Positions 14,160 to 29,290 are shown, numbered from the stretch's first letter. The stretch: DNA of 64,000 bases from Octopus vulgaris (GCA_951406725.2 OX597831.1:13826001-13890000), one strand, 5' to 3'. Notes: generated from the letters alone by a model not told the origin. Made by a program: numbers and translations.

Positions 14160-15932
14160 TTTAGTTTCAGCTCACAAGCTGTGGCCATGCTGGGGCACCG
14201 CCATTTGGTGTTGCTACATGATTTTACTTCACGAATGCTTTTTAGCAACTGACATTTGGTGCATGAGAGAGTTCGATGCAGCTGCCCTCATCTGCACCTC
14301 CTGCCGTGAAGTTGGTTCATCTGGGACACCTGACAGGAAGAGATCCAGATTCATTTTAAAGACATCTGCATCCACCCCATGCAGGTCTCTTAGCTGTGGG
14401 CCTCGGAAGCCCAGGCTATCACAGTATCTTGTTCTACATCTTGATGGAAAATTTGGAGTCCTTGGCACTATGCAGTGGCGCCCAGTTCTGGCATTTGTGT
14501 AACTCTCGATGCCAAAGTTTGGGACAAGTCCTTCTAGGATCTTCCAGATGTATATTATGGCATATCTTTCTCGCCTACGCTCTAAGGAATAGAGTCTCAA
14601 TCTCTTGTGTCTTTCCCAATAGTTTATATGCTGCACAGAGGCTGTCTTCTTTGTGTAGCTTCGTTGGATCGCCTCAAGTTCTGTGATTAACTTGAGACTG
14701 GATGGTGACCATAGCTGAGAGCAATAGTCAAAGTGGCTTAGTACAAGTGTCCTCCAGAGGACCATCATGGTTTCCTGGTCTCTTGTTCTAAAGGTTCTAA
14801 GAATCCATCCGGTCAGCCGCCTACATTTCATTGCCAATTTAGCAACATGCACATGAAAGGTTGCATCATCACTCATGTAAATACCCAGGTCTCGCACTGA
14901 TTGTGCCTCTGGGATTGCAATCCCTCCAGGTCCAGTGTATTTATTGGGTATTGCATTTAGTTTTGCATGCTGATAGTATAAAGCTTGAAACTTTTCAGCA
15001 TTGAACTGCATGCTATTCTTTTCAGCCCACTTGTATATTTTGTCCAGCTCACATTGCAGGTGCTTAGTGTCTTCGGGGTTCTGTATTGCCTGTGAAACTT
15101 TTGTATCATCTGCATAACTTGTGATCGTGGCTCTCTGCGTGGCTGAGGGCATGTCTGAGAGGGCCATTATGAACAGTAGTGGTCCCAGAACAGTGCCTTG
15201 CGGAACACCACTCACTATTTGCGTGTTAATGGAAGTGGACCCATTGGCTACTACCACCTGACTTCTATTTTTCAGAAAGTCATGAAGCCATTCTCCCAAT
15301 TTTCCAACTATGCCAAGATCACGCAGTTTGTTACATATTATTCCATGATCGACTTTATCAAAGGCCTTTGCAAAGTCGAGCTATATGACTTCCACATGTG
15401 AGTGGTTGAGCGGTCGTTTCAGCACCCAGTCATAGTGTTGTAGGAGCTGAGTTAAGCAGCTTCTTCCTGGTCGGAAACCATGTTGGGTGTCAGGTAGCAA
15501 GTCATTTTCTTCAAGGAAGGTGATTAGTTTCCTTCTGACTATTCGTTCCATGACCTTGCTGATGTGTGAGGTCAGAGATATAGGTCTGTAGTTCTTGGCC
15601 TCCGCTCTGCTACCTCCTTTATGAATAGGACATATTTTACCTTCCTTCAGTTTTCTTGGAAGTTTGCCAGTTGCAAGGAAGCTCTGAAAGAGGAACTGTA
15701 GTGGTCTTGCTAGGACTCTCTTACATACTTTTAGAAGGATTGCTGGGAATCCATCGGGGCCAGTAGCTGAGTTTGTTTTCATTTCATCAATAGCCTTTAT
15801 TACATCGTCTTCCTTTATATTGATGTAATTAATCATCGCTGCCTCTGATTTTATATCTGCAGTGGTAAAGAAGTCAGTTGGATTGCTGACTTGAAAATGC
15901 CCTAGGGGTGGAGTGAAAATACTCCTGAATTG

Positions 15933-15937
<5 letters not shown>
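14160..15937 (-). mobile_element. 5'-truncated CR1/L2-group LINE (RT and C-terminus, disrupted)
   Basis: YRPISLTS, QHGFR, GVPQGTVLGPLLF, YADDTK, LYSLERRRERY. Confidence 0.93.
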
Positions 15938-15986
<49 letters not shown>

Positions 15987-15989
<3 letters not shown>

Positions 15990-16135
15990 CTCTCCTTGTT
16001 TTTTCCGTGTCCCTTTTTGTAGAAGAGCGTAGGCTCGAAACGTAAAAGACTTTTTCTATTCCTGAGCGTTATACTAATACATCTGTTTGTTTTGTACACC
16101 ACCTGTCTTCGTCTTTTGTTTTTTTCGTAAACTCC
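15987..16135 (+). mobile_element. Short TA-flanked repeat with hammerhead-like motif; inverted copy at 39303-39435
   Basis: gtagaagagcgtaggctcgaaacgtaaaag; reverse complement of 39303-39435. Confidence 0.7.
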
Positions 16136-16832
16136 ATATATATATATATATTGGTGTATAGGCATATAGCGAACTAAAAAATAACGCTTTCCAAAACATC
16201 TAGAATTTCAATCTAAAAAAGTTGACCGCATCCATACAACTATTCTTTAATGAACACAAAGGAGCGAGTCCTGGAAATGCAATTATAATTTTTACTGATG
16301 ACAGTCAAAGACAACATCTGGTTTTTCAATTAAAACATTGACCAATTTCAAATACATTTATTTTCCTTTCTCTTGTTTGTCCTCCCCCACTTTAAAAGGT
16401 CACTGATTACTAAAAAAACAAGTCATACTATACAAAAGCCACGCCTCTTTATCTCCACCTCCTCCCCAAAACATTGTTTTTCCTTCTTTCTTCTTCCTTG
16501 TTTGGCAAACCGCACAAAATTCTTTATAAATTGCCAAGAAATCTAAATTTGAACCATTTTTCGATAAATATGATAAGGGAAGAAAGCGCTAAAAATGTAA
16601 ATACGATGTAAATAAATAAATAAATTTATATATTCTGGACTATAATAACAGTTTTAATTCAATAATAAGTTGAAGAAACACTATGGAGGATTAAATTACA
16701 ATAGTTATTATAGTCCATTGTTTGTATTGTATATAGTGCGTTGTGTCATTCAAAACATTTTATTCTTTACAAACAATGCACAATGCTTCAAGTGAACTAC
16801 AATACTCTCCTATACACACACACACACACACA

Positions 16833-16888
<56 letters not shown>

Positions 16889-16939
16889 CATGAGCGTGTA
16901 AGTGTGTGCATACAGGTTTACATATATAAAAATGAACGC

Positions 16940-17009
<70 letters not shown>

Positions 17010-17010
17010 T

Positions 17011-17044
<34 letters not shown>

Positions 17045-17046
<2 letters not shown>

Positions 17047-17448
17047 CTTTCTTTACTTGGTTCAGTCATTTGACTGCGGCCATGCTGGAGCACCGCCTTT
17101 AATCGAGCAACTCGACTCTGGGACTTATTCTTTTGTAAGCCCAGTACTTATTCTATTGGTCTCTTTTGCCGAAGTAAGTAACGCTAAGTAACGTGGACAT
17201 AAACACACCAGCATCGGTTGTCAAGCAATGCTAGGGGGACAAACACAGACACACAAACACACACACGCATACATATATATACATATATACGACGGGCTTC
17301 TTTCAGTTTCCGTCTACCAAATCCACTCACAATGTTTTGGTCGGCCCGAGGCTATAGTAGAAGACACTCGCCCAAGGTGCCACGCAGTGGGACTGAACCC
17401 GGAACCATGTGGTTGGTAAACAAGCTACTTACCACACAGCCATTCCTA
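17045..17448 (-). mobile_element. Full-length tRNA-derived SINE (family of 11791-12180)
   Basis: Reverse-complement similarity across its length. Confidence 0.9.
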
Positions 17449-17461
17449 TATAAATAAATCA

Positions 17462-17499
<38 letters not shown>

Positions 17500-17500
<1 letters not shown>

Positions 17501-17681
17501 TTCTTTACTACCCACAAGGGGCTAAACACAGAGAGGACAAACAAGGACAGACAAACGCAACTGGTACTTAATTTATCGACCCCGAAAGGATGAAAGGCAA
17601 AGTCGACCCCGGCGGAATTTGAACTCAGAACGTAACGGCCGACGAAATACGGCGTGCTAACGTTTCTGCCAGCTCGTCGCC

Positions 17682-17682
<1 letters not shown>
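17500..17682 (-). mobile_element. Nin-like SINE, internally deleted
   Basis: Antisense of the 13536 family. Confidence 0.85.
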
Positions 17683-17712
<30 letters not shown>

Positions 17713-17729
17713 GTCTTCCCTTCTCCAAC

Positions 17730-18460
17730 GGCACCCCTTCCAGATACACAGGCACCCACACGCACAAACACGCACACACACGCACACACACGCACACACA
17801 CACACATCTTCACAAAACAATAATAAAAAGAATTCTTTTTTGAAATGGCAAATTTCTAAAAACCAAAAACCATTTACAGTTGCAAAAAAACTGAAACAAA
17901 AGTGGCACTGATATATACTTAACGACACGACTTCACCATTCCTCCTTAACACCTTCTTTCAGATACAAAGGACAAACACGCGCACCACCACACACGCGCG
18001 CACATAAACACATACACACACACTCACACTCTCTCACAAGACAATGATAAAAAGGAAATATAATTTATGGACTTCTTTCTCACCCTTTCCTCCCTTTCCT
18101 TCTTTTTCTCTAACCCCCCCCTTTCAGATACAAACACACGCACAAACACACACACACACACACACGCACACACACACACACACGCACACACACACATGCA
18201 TGCTCTCTCTCACTTTCTCCCCATTCATCACCTCCTTGTACTATCTTATATCCCACCCCACCCCTACACACTCAATGACACTATCAAATGCTCAAATTCT
18301 TTTCACCAAGATCTTAGATCCCCCCCTTGGAGTAAACATCCTGACCAACTACAAAAGAAACCAGCAAAACAATTGTTCCTTCTTCCATCTCTCCCTTTTC
18401 TTACTTCCCTTCTTTTTCTTTAACACCCTTTCAGATACAAAAATACACACACACACGCAC

Positions 18461-18499
<39 letters not shown>

Positions 18500-18590
18500 C
18501 TCTCTCACTCACTTTCTCCCCATTCATCACCCTCTCTACCATCTTATATCCCTTCCCACCACTACATACTTAATAACACTATAAATTAGT
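17730..18590. repeat. Imperfect tandem repeat, about 4 units of 170-300 bp, each with ccctttcagataca followed by (CA)n
   Basis: Unit starts near 17735, 17950, 18118 and 18425. Confidence 0.7.
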
Positions 18591-18838
18591 GAAAATTCTT
18601 CCACAGGAACTTAGTTCAATTTGAAAAATCCACCAGAATGGACGAAAGCGCTATTATATGATATATCATATAAGTTGTATGATGTATAAAAACATGTAAT
18701 ATACTTATAAATATCTGTAAATATAAAACCATCCGAATTTCTGAGTACTTCATTTTTTCTAATATAAAATACCTGTACATCATCTCCAAACCTTCTATAT
18801 ATATATATAAATATATCGATGTATACGATATGATATGA

Positions 18839-18878
<40 letters not shown>

Positions 18879-19526
18879 AGCAAGAAGTAAATTATCCATC
18901 ACAGTTTATATACACGAAGAAAAGGTCACATACTTTTGTAGTACCGTTGTTGTTCTTCGATCGATTTGCCTACAATTTAAAAGAAAGGAAAAAATATATG
19001 TATATATGTATATATGCATGTATGTATGTGTGTATATATATATAAAACTGAAATGCGAAATGTTTGATTGTCTCATTTTGCGATTGGAACGGATTAAGTG
19101 GCACTAGATGGGATTGGATTGGCTCTAAAATTTACAGGGACATGTAAAAAGAAGCGAGGAAGTGAGTTGACTAGGTTAGAAACCTCTCAGAAGCTGTGGT
19201 TACTAGGGCACCAAAACCCACACTTTGACAAGTGTTAGTCGTTTCCCACTTTCGCATATCAGTCTGTCTTCCTGCATCTCTCTCTCTCTTTCTTTCCTTC
19301 CCTCCACACTCTCTATAACGACGGTTGACAGCTTCGCCGGCTTTATGTCTCACTTTTCTCCCTCCACCTCTCTCACTATACGTCTGTCTGTGTCTATTGA
19401 GAGAAAGCCTTGACAGCCGCAAAGTTTTAAATATTCCCGCTACAGGTCTTTTAGAACGGTGAATTATTATCGCCCACCACCACCGCACAATCACAAAAGA
19501 TGTTATTAATCAGATATATTATGTTA

Positions 19527-19573
<47 letters not shown>

Positions 19574-20382
19574 TGTGTGTGTATAAATATATATATAATG
19601 CTTATACATATATAGATATGTGTATATATACAAAGTGTACAAAGTGTATATATTTATGTATGTGTGTAGACATGTATATATATATATAATGTGTGCATAT
19701 GTGGTCAGATTGAGCTGAAGATATGCGTTCCTATGTTAAAAGTGCTAACGAATTTGTATGGCAACTCTGAGTTTGCTCAATTGCAAGGCATGGCCTCTAG
19801 GGCAAAATTCCCCATCTTTTAAAATGCGGCCCGCGTAGACCCGAATGAAATCTAGTTATAATACCGAAACAAGTAAAACAATAATAAACTATTTTAATGT
19901 CTAATCTATAAAATGAAGAAGGCGAACGTTGATACAAATTGGATTTTGTGTAAAAAGGGACCTAAATGGGGCTGGAAGGGAATTAAAATTTACCGAAGGG
20001 GGTAACTTGTGGTGAGAAATTGATTGGAAGACGTTTTGGGGCGCTAAAATGGTTGCATTGGTGTGAAAACTGGGATATTATTGATTCTGTCTAGATTGGA
20101 CAAATTTTGCCCGATTTCAATCAAATTTTCAACATGGTAAATTGGAAGCAGATTTGTAATTTAAGAGCGAAAATCTAATTTTTTTTATAGATGGGAGAGA
20201 GATAGATAGAGAAAGATAGAGAGTAAGAGAAAGCGAGGGAGAGTCCGAGAGTAGGGAAGAGTAAGAGAGTGGGAAAGTGTGAGAGGAAGGTGAGAGAAGC
20301 AAAGAGGGAGAATGTGGCGATAAGAAACAGAAAGAAAGCAACAGGAAGCGCGTAGAGCGGGTGACCTTAAGCTAGTATATAT

Positions 20383-20464
<82 letters not shown>

Positions 20465-21177
20465 TAATGAAGGTAGAAATTGATATTAATCAATTAAAAC
20501 CATTAGCTTAGCACATTTAAACCATACGAAGATTAAAATTTATATTGCATAAAAAATTAAGAGGAATGACCACTAAAGTTGTTTCCTTATATGCTAATTA
20601 TAGACGTCAAATCGCCATTACTACGAAGAAAGAAATTGCAGCAGAACGCGAAAATGTAGAAATGAGGAAGACAAATGAAAATATACGAAATGAAATACGA
20701 TTACCTACGTACCGTGGTTTCACTTGTTAATATGTACGTATGTAAATATCTGCAGGATCCTCAGCGTAGTCTGTCGCTTACAAAACACAATTTCCAGAAC
20801 TAGACACTGAATACTCACCCGAAATACAGCATGTATAAAGTTCTACATTGTATACTTGGGTGTGTTTTTCAAATGTCTTCACTTTCGTACACTGAGGCCG
20901 GAAATAAATCTGCAGTTAATAAATTTCAGCAGCTAATTTACCAGTTGGAATTTTTTTCTTGAGAACACATTCTTCGTGGTAATGGAGATTTGACATCTAT
21001 ATTTAGCATATTAGGAGTCCACTTAATTCTTAATTTTGTATGTAATATATATATATATATATTAGATGTAGGAATATATATCATTAATATATTTAACGTA
21101 GATGTAAATTATGTAAAATATATACGTAAATATACATAAATGATACATACGTATCTAAACATCTAAATGTATGTATG

Positions 21178-21245
<68 letters not shown>

Positions 21246-21348
21246 CTTCTTATACTTGTAGAGACAGGCATACACACTCATATTCACACATATATACACA
21301 GAAACATGCAAACGCATACACACACACACACACGTATTTATGTATGTA

Positions 21349-21399
<51 letters not shown>

Positions 21400-21575
21400 G
21401 AAATATGTTTTGCAAAAAATATATAATACACGTGGAAATGTAAGGTTAAAATATAAAAAAATAAACGAAAATGCATATTGTTGATATAAAAAGGCTATTT
21501 AAGACAGGTAGTGACAAATATATACATTTAGAGTATTACCAGTCAAAAAGGCCATTATTATTGATGATTATAAGA

Positions 21576-21611
<36 letters not shown>

Positions 21612-22005
21612 GGTAAGAGACTGAAACGGAACCAATTGGTTTTCGCGTTAACTATTCATCGTTTGAACAACACCGGTCAGTAAACGGTGTCAGGTCTAAT
21701 GGTTCCTGAGAAAAGAGATTATTTGTAAGGGGGGTAAGTAGTTCTGGATTATATGTGTAAGGGAGTTAAGTAGTTCAGTAATTAGAAATGTGCGTGATGT
21801 AGAAAGTGTGTAGGGTTTATTGGTTTAAATTGAAGAGTTAGTGGTGTTCTGTATTGAGTTGTGTGTTCACATTCAGTTGGGGGAGAAATTTGTTGATGAA
21901 AAATGATCTTTATTCAACCTTGGTTGCATTGTGGTGTTCTGTGAGCAATATATATATAATATATATTGTTTCGAATTTGTGTGTACGTGTATTGAATAAT
22001 ATATC

Positions 22006-22738
22006 AGTTGAATAAAGTTAACACATGGTCTGGTTTTCACGTTTTTTTATTATGGTATTTTAACATTAAAAAAATTGTTAATAGAGTTAAATTAGCGCTT
22101 TTATACAAAGGCGGATTTTCAACACGAACAGGATAAAACATTCACAGTATCCAAGTGTAATGATAACAAATGTGGAACGTGTCACTACATGCATACCGGT
22201 AGAAGCTTTACAACAAAAAATGGACAGATCTTCGCAAATAGAGATATGAACTTCAAAAAGAGAAATTTGATCTACTGCATTAAATGCCTGAATTACGAGG
22301 AATTATATATAGGCGGGACAGGGAATGCATTATCAGAACGCTCACGACTCCACAGACAACAAATCTGGAACGCGAATGTTGGCCAAATTCCCTTGACCGA
22401 ATATAGGGAGACATGTGTTTAGAAAATGTTCTCTAGCATATAAATATAAACAAGTTAAAGAATATCGGTACGCTTGGAAAACCGTGATGTTTAAGCTGCA
22501 TGCTGATTGGTCAAAAAGGTATTCTAAAATTCCAGCATATTGCAGCATTCTAAGAAGTAATAAAGTTGTCAAGAACTCACCAGTCAGTTAAATACATTTG
22601 AAATCTGATGAATACGCTATGTATTTAATTTAATGAGAGCACTGATTTAATTTTATAAGCGTTACAAAATATTTTTTAATATTAACATACAATAATAAAA
22701 AACGTGAAAACCAGACCATGTTTTAACTTTATTCAACT
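22006..22738 (+). mobile_element. Truncated Penelope-like element (GIY-YIG remnant) with inverted termini
   Basis: NLIYCIKC..LYIGGTG..RSRLHRQQI; gttgaataaagttaacacatggtctggttttcacg is mirrored at about 22700-22738. Confidence 0.8.
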
Positions 22739-22949
22739 AATATATATGTATGTATGTGTATATATGTGTCTGTGTGTGTGTATGTGTGTATGTGTGTGTG
22801 TGTGTGTGTATGTGTGTATGTGTAGACGCACGCACACATACACACTGGCATAAAAATTGTTTGCATTTTTTCTCTTTCGAACGATATAGGCGATATAAAT
22901 CTTTCTACAATTTCAATAATTTTAATGTGTAATTGATTCAAATGATTAA

Positions 22950-23520
22950 AAATTAGCGAAAAAATAAGTTTAAGACCGTACCAACATTATTTTGTTTAAA
23001 TTGAAAATTTACAGTACAAATGATCAATGAACAAAAATGTCTAGTTCCATAGACATTATTTTCAATTACGGTCTTGCAACGGCGGAACATGGAGTTCAAT
23101 AAATGAGCACAAAATCCACTTGGAATGTTCTGCCATATTTCTTCAATAAAATTATATAATTGGGACAAATTTGTTGGGTTTTTTTTAGCATGAATTCATT
23201 TAGAAACATAATTCCATAAATTTTCTTTCGGATTCAAATCTAGTCTCTGTGGAGGCCACTAAATAGCCACCATAATATTGCGCTCAGAATATTGCAAAAC
23301 TTTCCTAGCCTTATGTCCTGCTGGAAAATAGATCCCGGTGGCATTTGATTATTTAAATATGGCAGCACGTTTTCATTTACTAATTGCAGATAACCTACAC
23401 TGTCCAGTCTGCCATCAACCTTAACAACTGGACCAACTCCTAAGCTGCTGAAAGAATTATGAAACGATATATAACGCCTTTATAAGGGGTCGGGTTAAAC
23501 TTATTTTGGCCGGTGCATAT
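22950..23520 (-). mobile_element. Degenerate Tc1-like transposase C-terminal fragment
   Basis: WPPQRLDLNPKENLW motif at about 23215-23260; WQNIP..LLNSMFRRCKTVIENN. Confidence 0.75.
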
Positions 23521-23529
23521 CTTCACCAG

Positions 23530-23633
<104 letters not shown>

Positions 23634-24508
23634 TTGAGGGAATATTCTTTCAAACTTACATGAAAAAATTCAATTTAGAAATACTAAATCAAATTTCACA
23701 AAACATAATATATATGTAAATTAGAAAAAAACACCTTTTATCAATTCAAAATGAAAAATTAAATTACACCATCTAGAAAATCACGTATAATAGAAATATA
23801 TATATATATATGAATTACAAAATGGGACAAGAATGCAAAACATCCGGACAACTAGGTGATACAAAAAGGGACAACAAACATCCAGATAGACGCTACAAAA
23901 AAGGGACGGGACATTCGAAGCTTTCTATTCTCAGTCAAAAACCGGATCATCCTCGCAATTTCGACTGATTAATGTTGAGATTGCTCCAATCCGGCCAGCC
24001 CCAAGTAAAAACTAAGCTAAGAGCATTAGATTCCTTGGAAGAAAGCATCGAATGTATACGAAAACAAGGACGGGAAAACAGACGAATTACACGAATATAA
24101 ATACAAAATACAATAAAAATAATAATAAAAATAATAACAGGACATAACAACAGGTGTCTTTCGACTGGGGACGAATTGAATTCAGCTGGCGTATGTGGAA
24201 ATGAAGCCTTACGGCAGAGATACAACATTTTCACAAACACAGGAAAGCATATCGATGTAGCAGTGACTACAGTCAGACGCAAAAAGAGGGCAAGCAGTCT
24301 GACCTATCGGTCAAGTGAGAAGAGAAGAGAGAGAAAAAGAATAACAAAAGAATGAAGGAGGGGGAAGAGAAGAGAGAGAGAGAGAGAGCCGCAGAAGCAG
24401 ATGGACTGAAGAACCAAGGAGGGGGTGAAAAAAAAACGACATGGACACAGTGAAGTGAAAAGAGAGTAAGAAAGGCAAAGAAATGTGAGTGAGGAGGAAA
24501 GAAAGAAA

Positions 24509-24578
<70 letters not shown>

Positions 24579-25055
24579 GTATGTGTGTGTAAAAGATTAA
24601 TATGATAATCACGGTCTCCAAAATTTCGTATTTTCGTTTATGGTATTCACCCAAACGATTTAAAATTCAATCTGTATTATCAGGACCTTCTTACAGAAGT
24701 GAACGACTAAGCAGTTTCTTACTAATATTACCAAATTGCTATTTAAACATACAGGACTAATTAGAAAATGGCATGGATGTTCTAAATAGCGGAGAAAGTG
24801 ACATTAATGGTTTATTTTAATGTGGCTTAATAGAAATCAAATATACGGCAAGAATATGGAATGGAAAAAATATTTTTAGTTCACTAAATACCATTCCTTT
24901 CACATTTTGTGGACGACTGGGTGCTTGCATATTTATCGCGAAAAGAACAGGTGTGCGTTCGATTTCCACGTGTACTAGCTGCTATTTTTGCGCCGTATAT
25001 TTCTGTGTTCCAATATTAGACTATTTTCCATACGAGACATACAGTAATGATATAC

Positions 25056-25133
<78 letters not shown>

Positions 25134-25412
25134 GTGTACATATGTGTATTTGTGTGTGTGTTTATGCGAACGTGTATAAGCGATGCAATAAATTTATGAA
25201 TTACAATATATAAATGTAACTAAACACTAACAAGTTAAAATATAATACGAAACTATATATTATTAATAACAAGTGTATATACCGTATCCCATTATTTATT
25301 GTAAGGAAAAGTTTACTAACCACGAAGTCTCTCGCCTTCCGCTGTGGAAAACAAGAAATTGCAACAAAATGAAAGAGGCATAGTATACAAATAAATAAAT
25401 ATATATGCATAC

Positions 25413-25447
<35 letters not shown>

Positions 25448-25667
25448 AACATATATATATATATATATATAATTATTAGAATGAAGGAAACATACTTAAA
25501 TCAGTAGAACTGTTTCATTCAAGAGAAATCTTCAGGATCCATACTTTCTTGAATGAAACAGTACTAGTCCTGTAAAGGCTCCTTCTATATAATAAATTAA
25601 TTTTACCTATCTGCTATGTATTGGATACCTTACTTACTGTGGTTAACCCCGAATCAATCCACCTACA

Positions 25668-25698
<31 letters not shown>

Positions 25699-25767
25699 CA
25701 CATATATATATACTCTCACACATACACACATATATATATATACATATATACATATATATATATCCAT

Positions 25768-25805
<38 letters not shown>

Positions 25806-26282
25806 GTGCGTGTGTGTGTGTTTATAGATATATATTAGAATTTGCTTATAGAATTTTTAGTATCACTGAAGTGATGATGGAAACATTCTTTAAACAGTCA
25901 ACCCTAAAGGGGTCTTTTTATATTCTTCTTATTTGTTATTTGTTATTTGTTATTTTCCAGACGGCCGGTCGCTTGTCTGTTCAGAAGCGAGATAAGATAG
26001 CAGCACTCTATGTAGTGTGAAATTACATTGTTTTGGTTCAGAGATGGTGGCGTGCATGGAAATGTAAGCATGCAACAATATGTCCGGAGAAAATAAAAAA
26101 GTTGTTATGCAAAGCTGATGATCACTGGCTCTGTGAAGGATGCAAGAAGTGGTCTCCGAGTGATTTGGCTTGTTGGTTGGTTCCCACTACATTGTAACAA
26201 TATATATATATATGAATACATCCATTTAAAAATAGCTACACGTTTTTCAAATTCAGATGCATTTTCAAACCCCAAATGAAAA

Positions 26283-26320
<38 letters not shown>

Positions 26321-27200
26321 GCACACTGAGACACACATCATTGTTTCTAGGGAGAATCATTCTGTTTTACTGCCTTAATTAACACACAACGGTTTGATTT
26401 CCACTTATTGTTCAAAAATGTTCGTTACTTCTTCAATAGTTGTTGGCGAAATTTATATATATATATCCAAACTGAGCAGGTCAAATCCAGGCTACATATG
26501 TTCCCTAGCTAGATGATTCTCTAGTTTAATAATTACTCAATGAGGAATACACACCGAATTACTCCGTAGCCCGAAGCTACTTTATATCTTTTTCGGCGAG
26601 TTACCTTAACGACAATGTAACCTCCATAGTATCTCATTGACCTTAAGGTATCTTCGGCCTCATGAATTTGCTAGCTGAGTGCCCCTCGCAGAATAATTAT
26701 TATATGAGAGAATTTTACCCTCTTCAATACCTCAAGTTGAATATCTATTCGCATTCATAGCAACCGTGAGCTATAAAATGTTTTAGCTTATCAAACTACG
26801 GTATGGGAAAAAAACTACAGCCTTCGACATCAATAAATTATTATTTTTCCTGATCTTTATTTCTAATACCTACAATGGACTGCTCGAAGCGTACCAGCTT
26901 CCTACTCTTAGATCTTATAATTACATATCGATAATATATACTTACGACGACATCTATTTACATTGTTTACATTTTCATATTTGCACTGTGTATCATTTAA
27001 TGCCTCATTTGGTTTTACTGTATTATAAATCCTATTCTTTTACTTCTTTAAATCTTTATATTTTCCATACCTCATAAGTTTTCTATTGATCGTATGTATT
27101 TTTATTTCTCTCTCGCTCTCTCATATACAGCTAGATATACATATACCTACATATATATAGATATTATTAATGTATATATATATATATGTACACACACATC

Positions 27201-27282
<82 letters not shown>

Positions 27283-27599
27283 TGGTCCTGCTGAGGAAGA
27301 TTGCACCTGGCGAGTTCCTTTACTCGCTAAACTAAAATCAGATGCCAATTGGTCCAGGAAACTAGATGGTAAAATGTTTTTAATTTTCATTTCGTTCCTG
27401 TCGAATTTTATCCCTAATTTTTTTCGTTATAGAACCTAGCTGTTCTTTCTAGCGTGCTGAATTCCTATAAGTGGATTCCTGAAGTGTTTAAATATACACT
27501 ATATTTTGTGACTAATATATAGTCTTTTGGACTAAATTTTACTCGTTAGACCACTGGAAATGTAAATTTTAATTAATTTCCATTTCCCTTTGATATGAT

Positions 27600-27673
<74 letters not shown>

Positions 27674-27805
27674 GGTGTGGGTGTTTGTAAGTGTCCCTGC
27701 AATGTGTATGTATCTATCGCGCATTCAATCGGTTCCACAAATTACAGAACTTTAAAACAGATACTCAGCTTTAAACAATATCTGTTTTCACTATGATAGA
27801 CTTAC

Positions 27806-27844
27806 AAAGCCAGTGTGCATCCCAGCATGGCCACAAACTAATAT
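27806..27844 (-). CDS. Gene A exon 2: (H)ISLWPCWDAHWL
   Basis: ctttttacacgtttcag|39 nt|gtaagt, phase 1-1; homologous to 52661-52699. Confidence 0.75.
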
Positions 27845-28828
27845 CTGAAACGTGTAAAAAGAATAAAGGCATAATTAATATATTTAATAAGATGAGTCAA
27901 AGTTAAAAATAATAAAAGACACACCGAACACAATTATTTAGATTAATATGAATACGACTATCATTGTTTATGAGAAATATAACAGTGTGAGATTGTTTCG
28001 TATAAATCTTTTATGACAGTTGCTCCTTTCTTCATCGTTAACAAAATAAAAAATTCAGTTATTTAACCTGTTTTCACATCTAAGTTTCAAAATTTAACGA
28101 TACTTACTTCGGAATTTTGAGAAGAATTAAGCCCTTTTTTTATAGCACATGTCAACGTGCTAAATTTTTCAACTCGGCAAAATGACTCGCATCTATCTGA
28201 GAATTTCATTTCATTGGTTTATCCTTATTTTACACAGGAACAAGTGTTTTTGGAACAACATTGTATATCAATGTGTAGATACTGCCAATAAGACTAGATG
28301 TGTTTTTTTTAGATGCTACTTGCAATGATTTCAAATTTTCTAGCTTACATAAACTCAGTAAGAAATTTAAGTCGGAAGGCAAGACTTTCTAGCACATCGT
28401 TGTCTACAATAATTTGGATTTTAAAGGATTTAGTTGACTGCAACAGCAAATGATCGCTCGTACAACGTATAAAACTGTATAGTTGTTATTACAATAATGG
28501 CGGCTACTTATGCATTGCAGGGATTATGACGAAGTAGTAAGTGCTTTTTTGTGAATATGATGTAATGCAACTTTAACCAAGCATGTAACTTCTTTCTCCT
28601 GCCTCATTTCAGCTTTTTTTTTATCGCACTCTTCATTATTTCTGCTTTTTCCTTTCATCAAATTCCATCACAATTCTACGTGTATGTATTGCTTGTGTGT
28701 GTACATATATACTTGATATAATAAACCTCGACCTTAATATCGTGCTATGGTATTTGTCTAAGTGAATATGTATCTGTACCTACATAAATGTGTGCGTGCG
28801 TGTGTGTATGTGGTTGGTTATCTGTAAC

Positions 28829-28901
<73 letters not shown>

Positions 28902-28904
28902 GCG

Positions 28905-29290
28905 CCATGTCCACACCATCGCATCTGAGGCTTGATAAAAAAGCCTGTATCCCAGATATTCCGCACATCTTCAGGATAGTCCTCTTCTTTGCTCTAGCAT
29001 TTTATTTAACCTCGCATAATTGCCTAAGATAACTGACTGATGCTCTTACGAAAAGCTATTCAGATCTTTGCTTCATATAAACGAATTCTTGGGACAACTG
29101 ACTTATGCACATCTATTTTTGACCTTCCTAAAACATCGTGGTCATTCCAAAGTCGATCATAATGCTTCCCAAAAACTGTAGTGGCTTTTCTAATATAAGT
29201 TTGGACTTCCTTATCGAATTTAGCATCGCTTTTGACTGTCGAACCACAAGATAGGAAAGCATCTATATAAAGGGAGGTAGGTAATAGAGA
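28905..29290 (-). mobile_element. Degenerate RTE-clade LINE fragment in gene A intron 1
   Basis: GSTVKSDAKFDKEVQTYIRKATTVFGKHYDRLW..KIDVHKSVV..LYEA, typical post-RT region of RTE elements. Confidence 0.7.
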
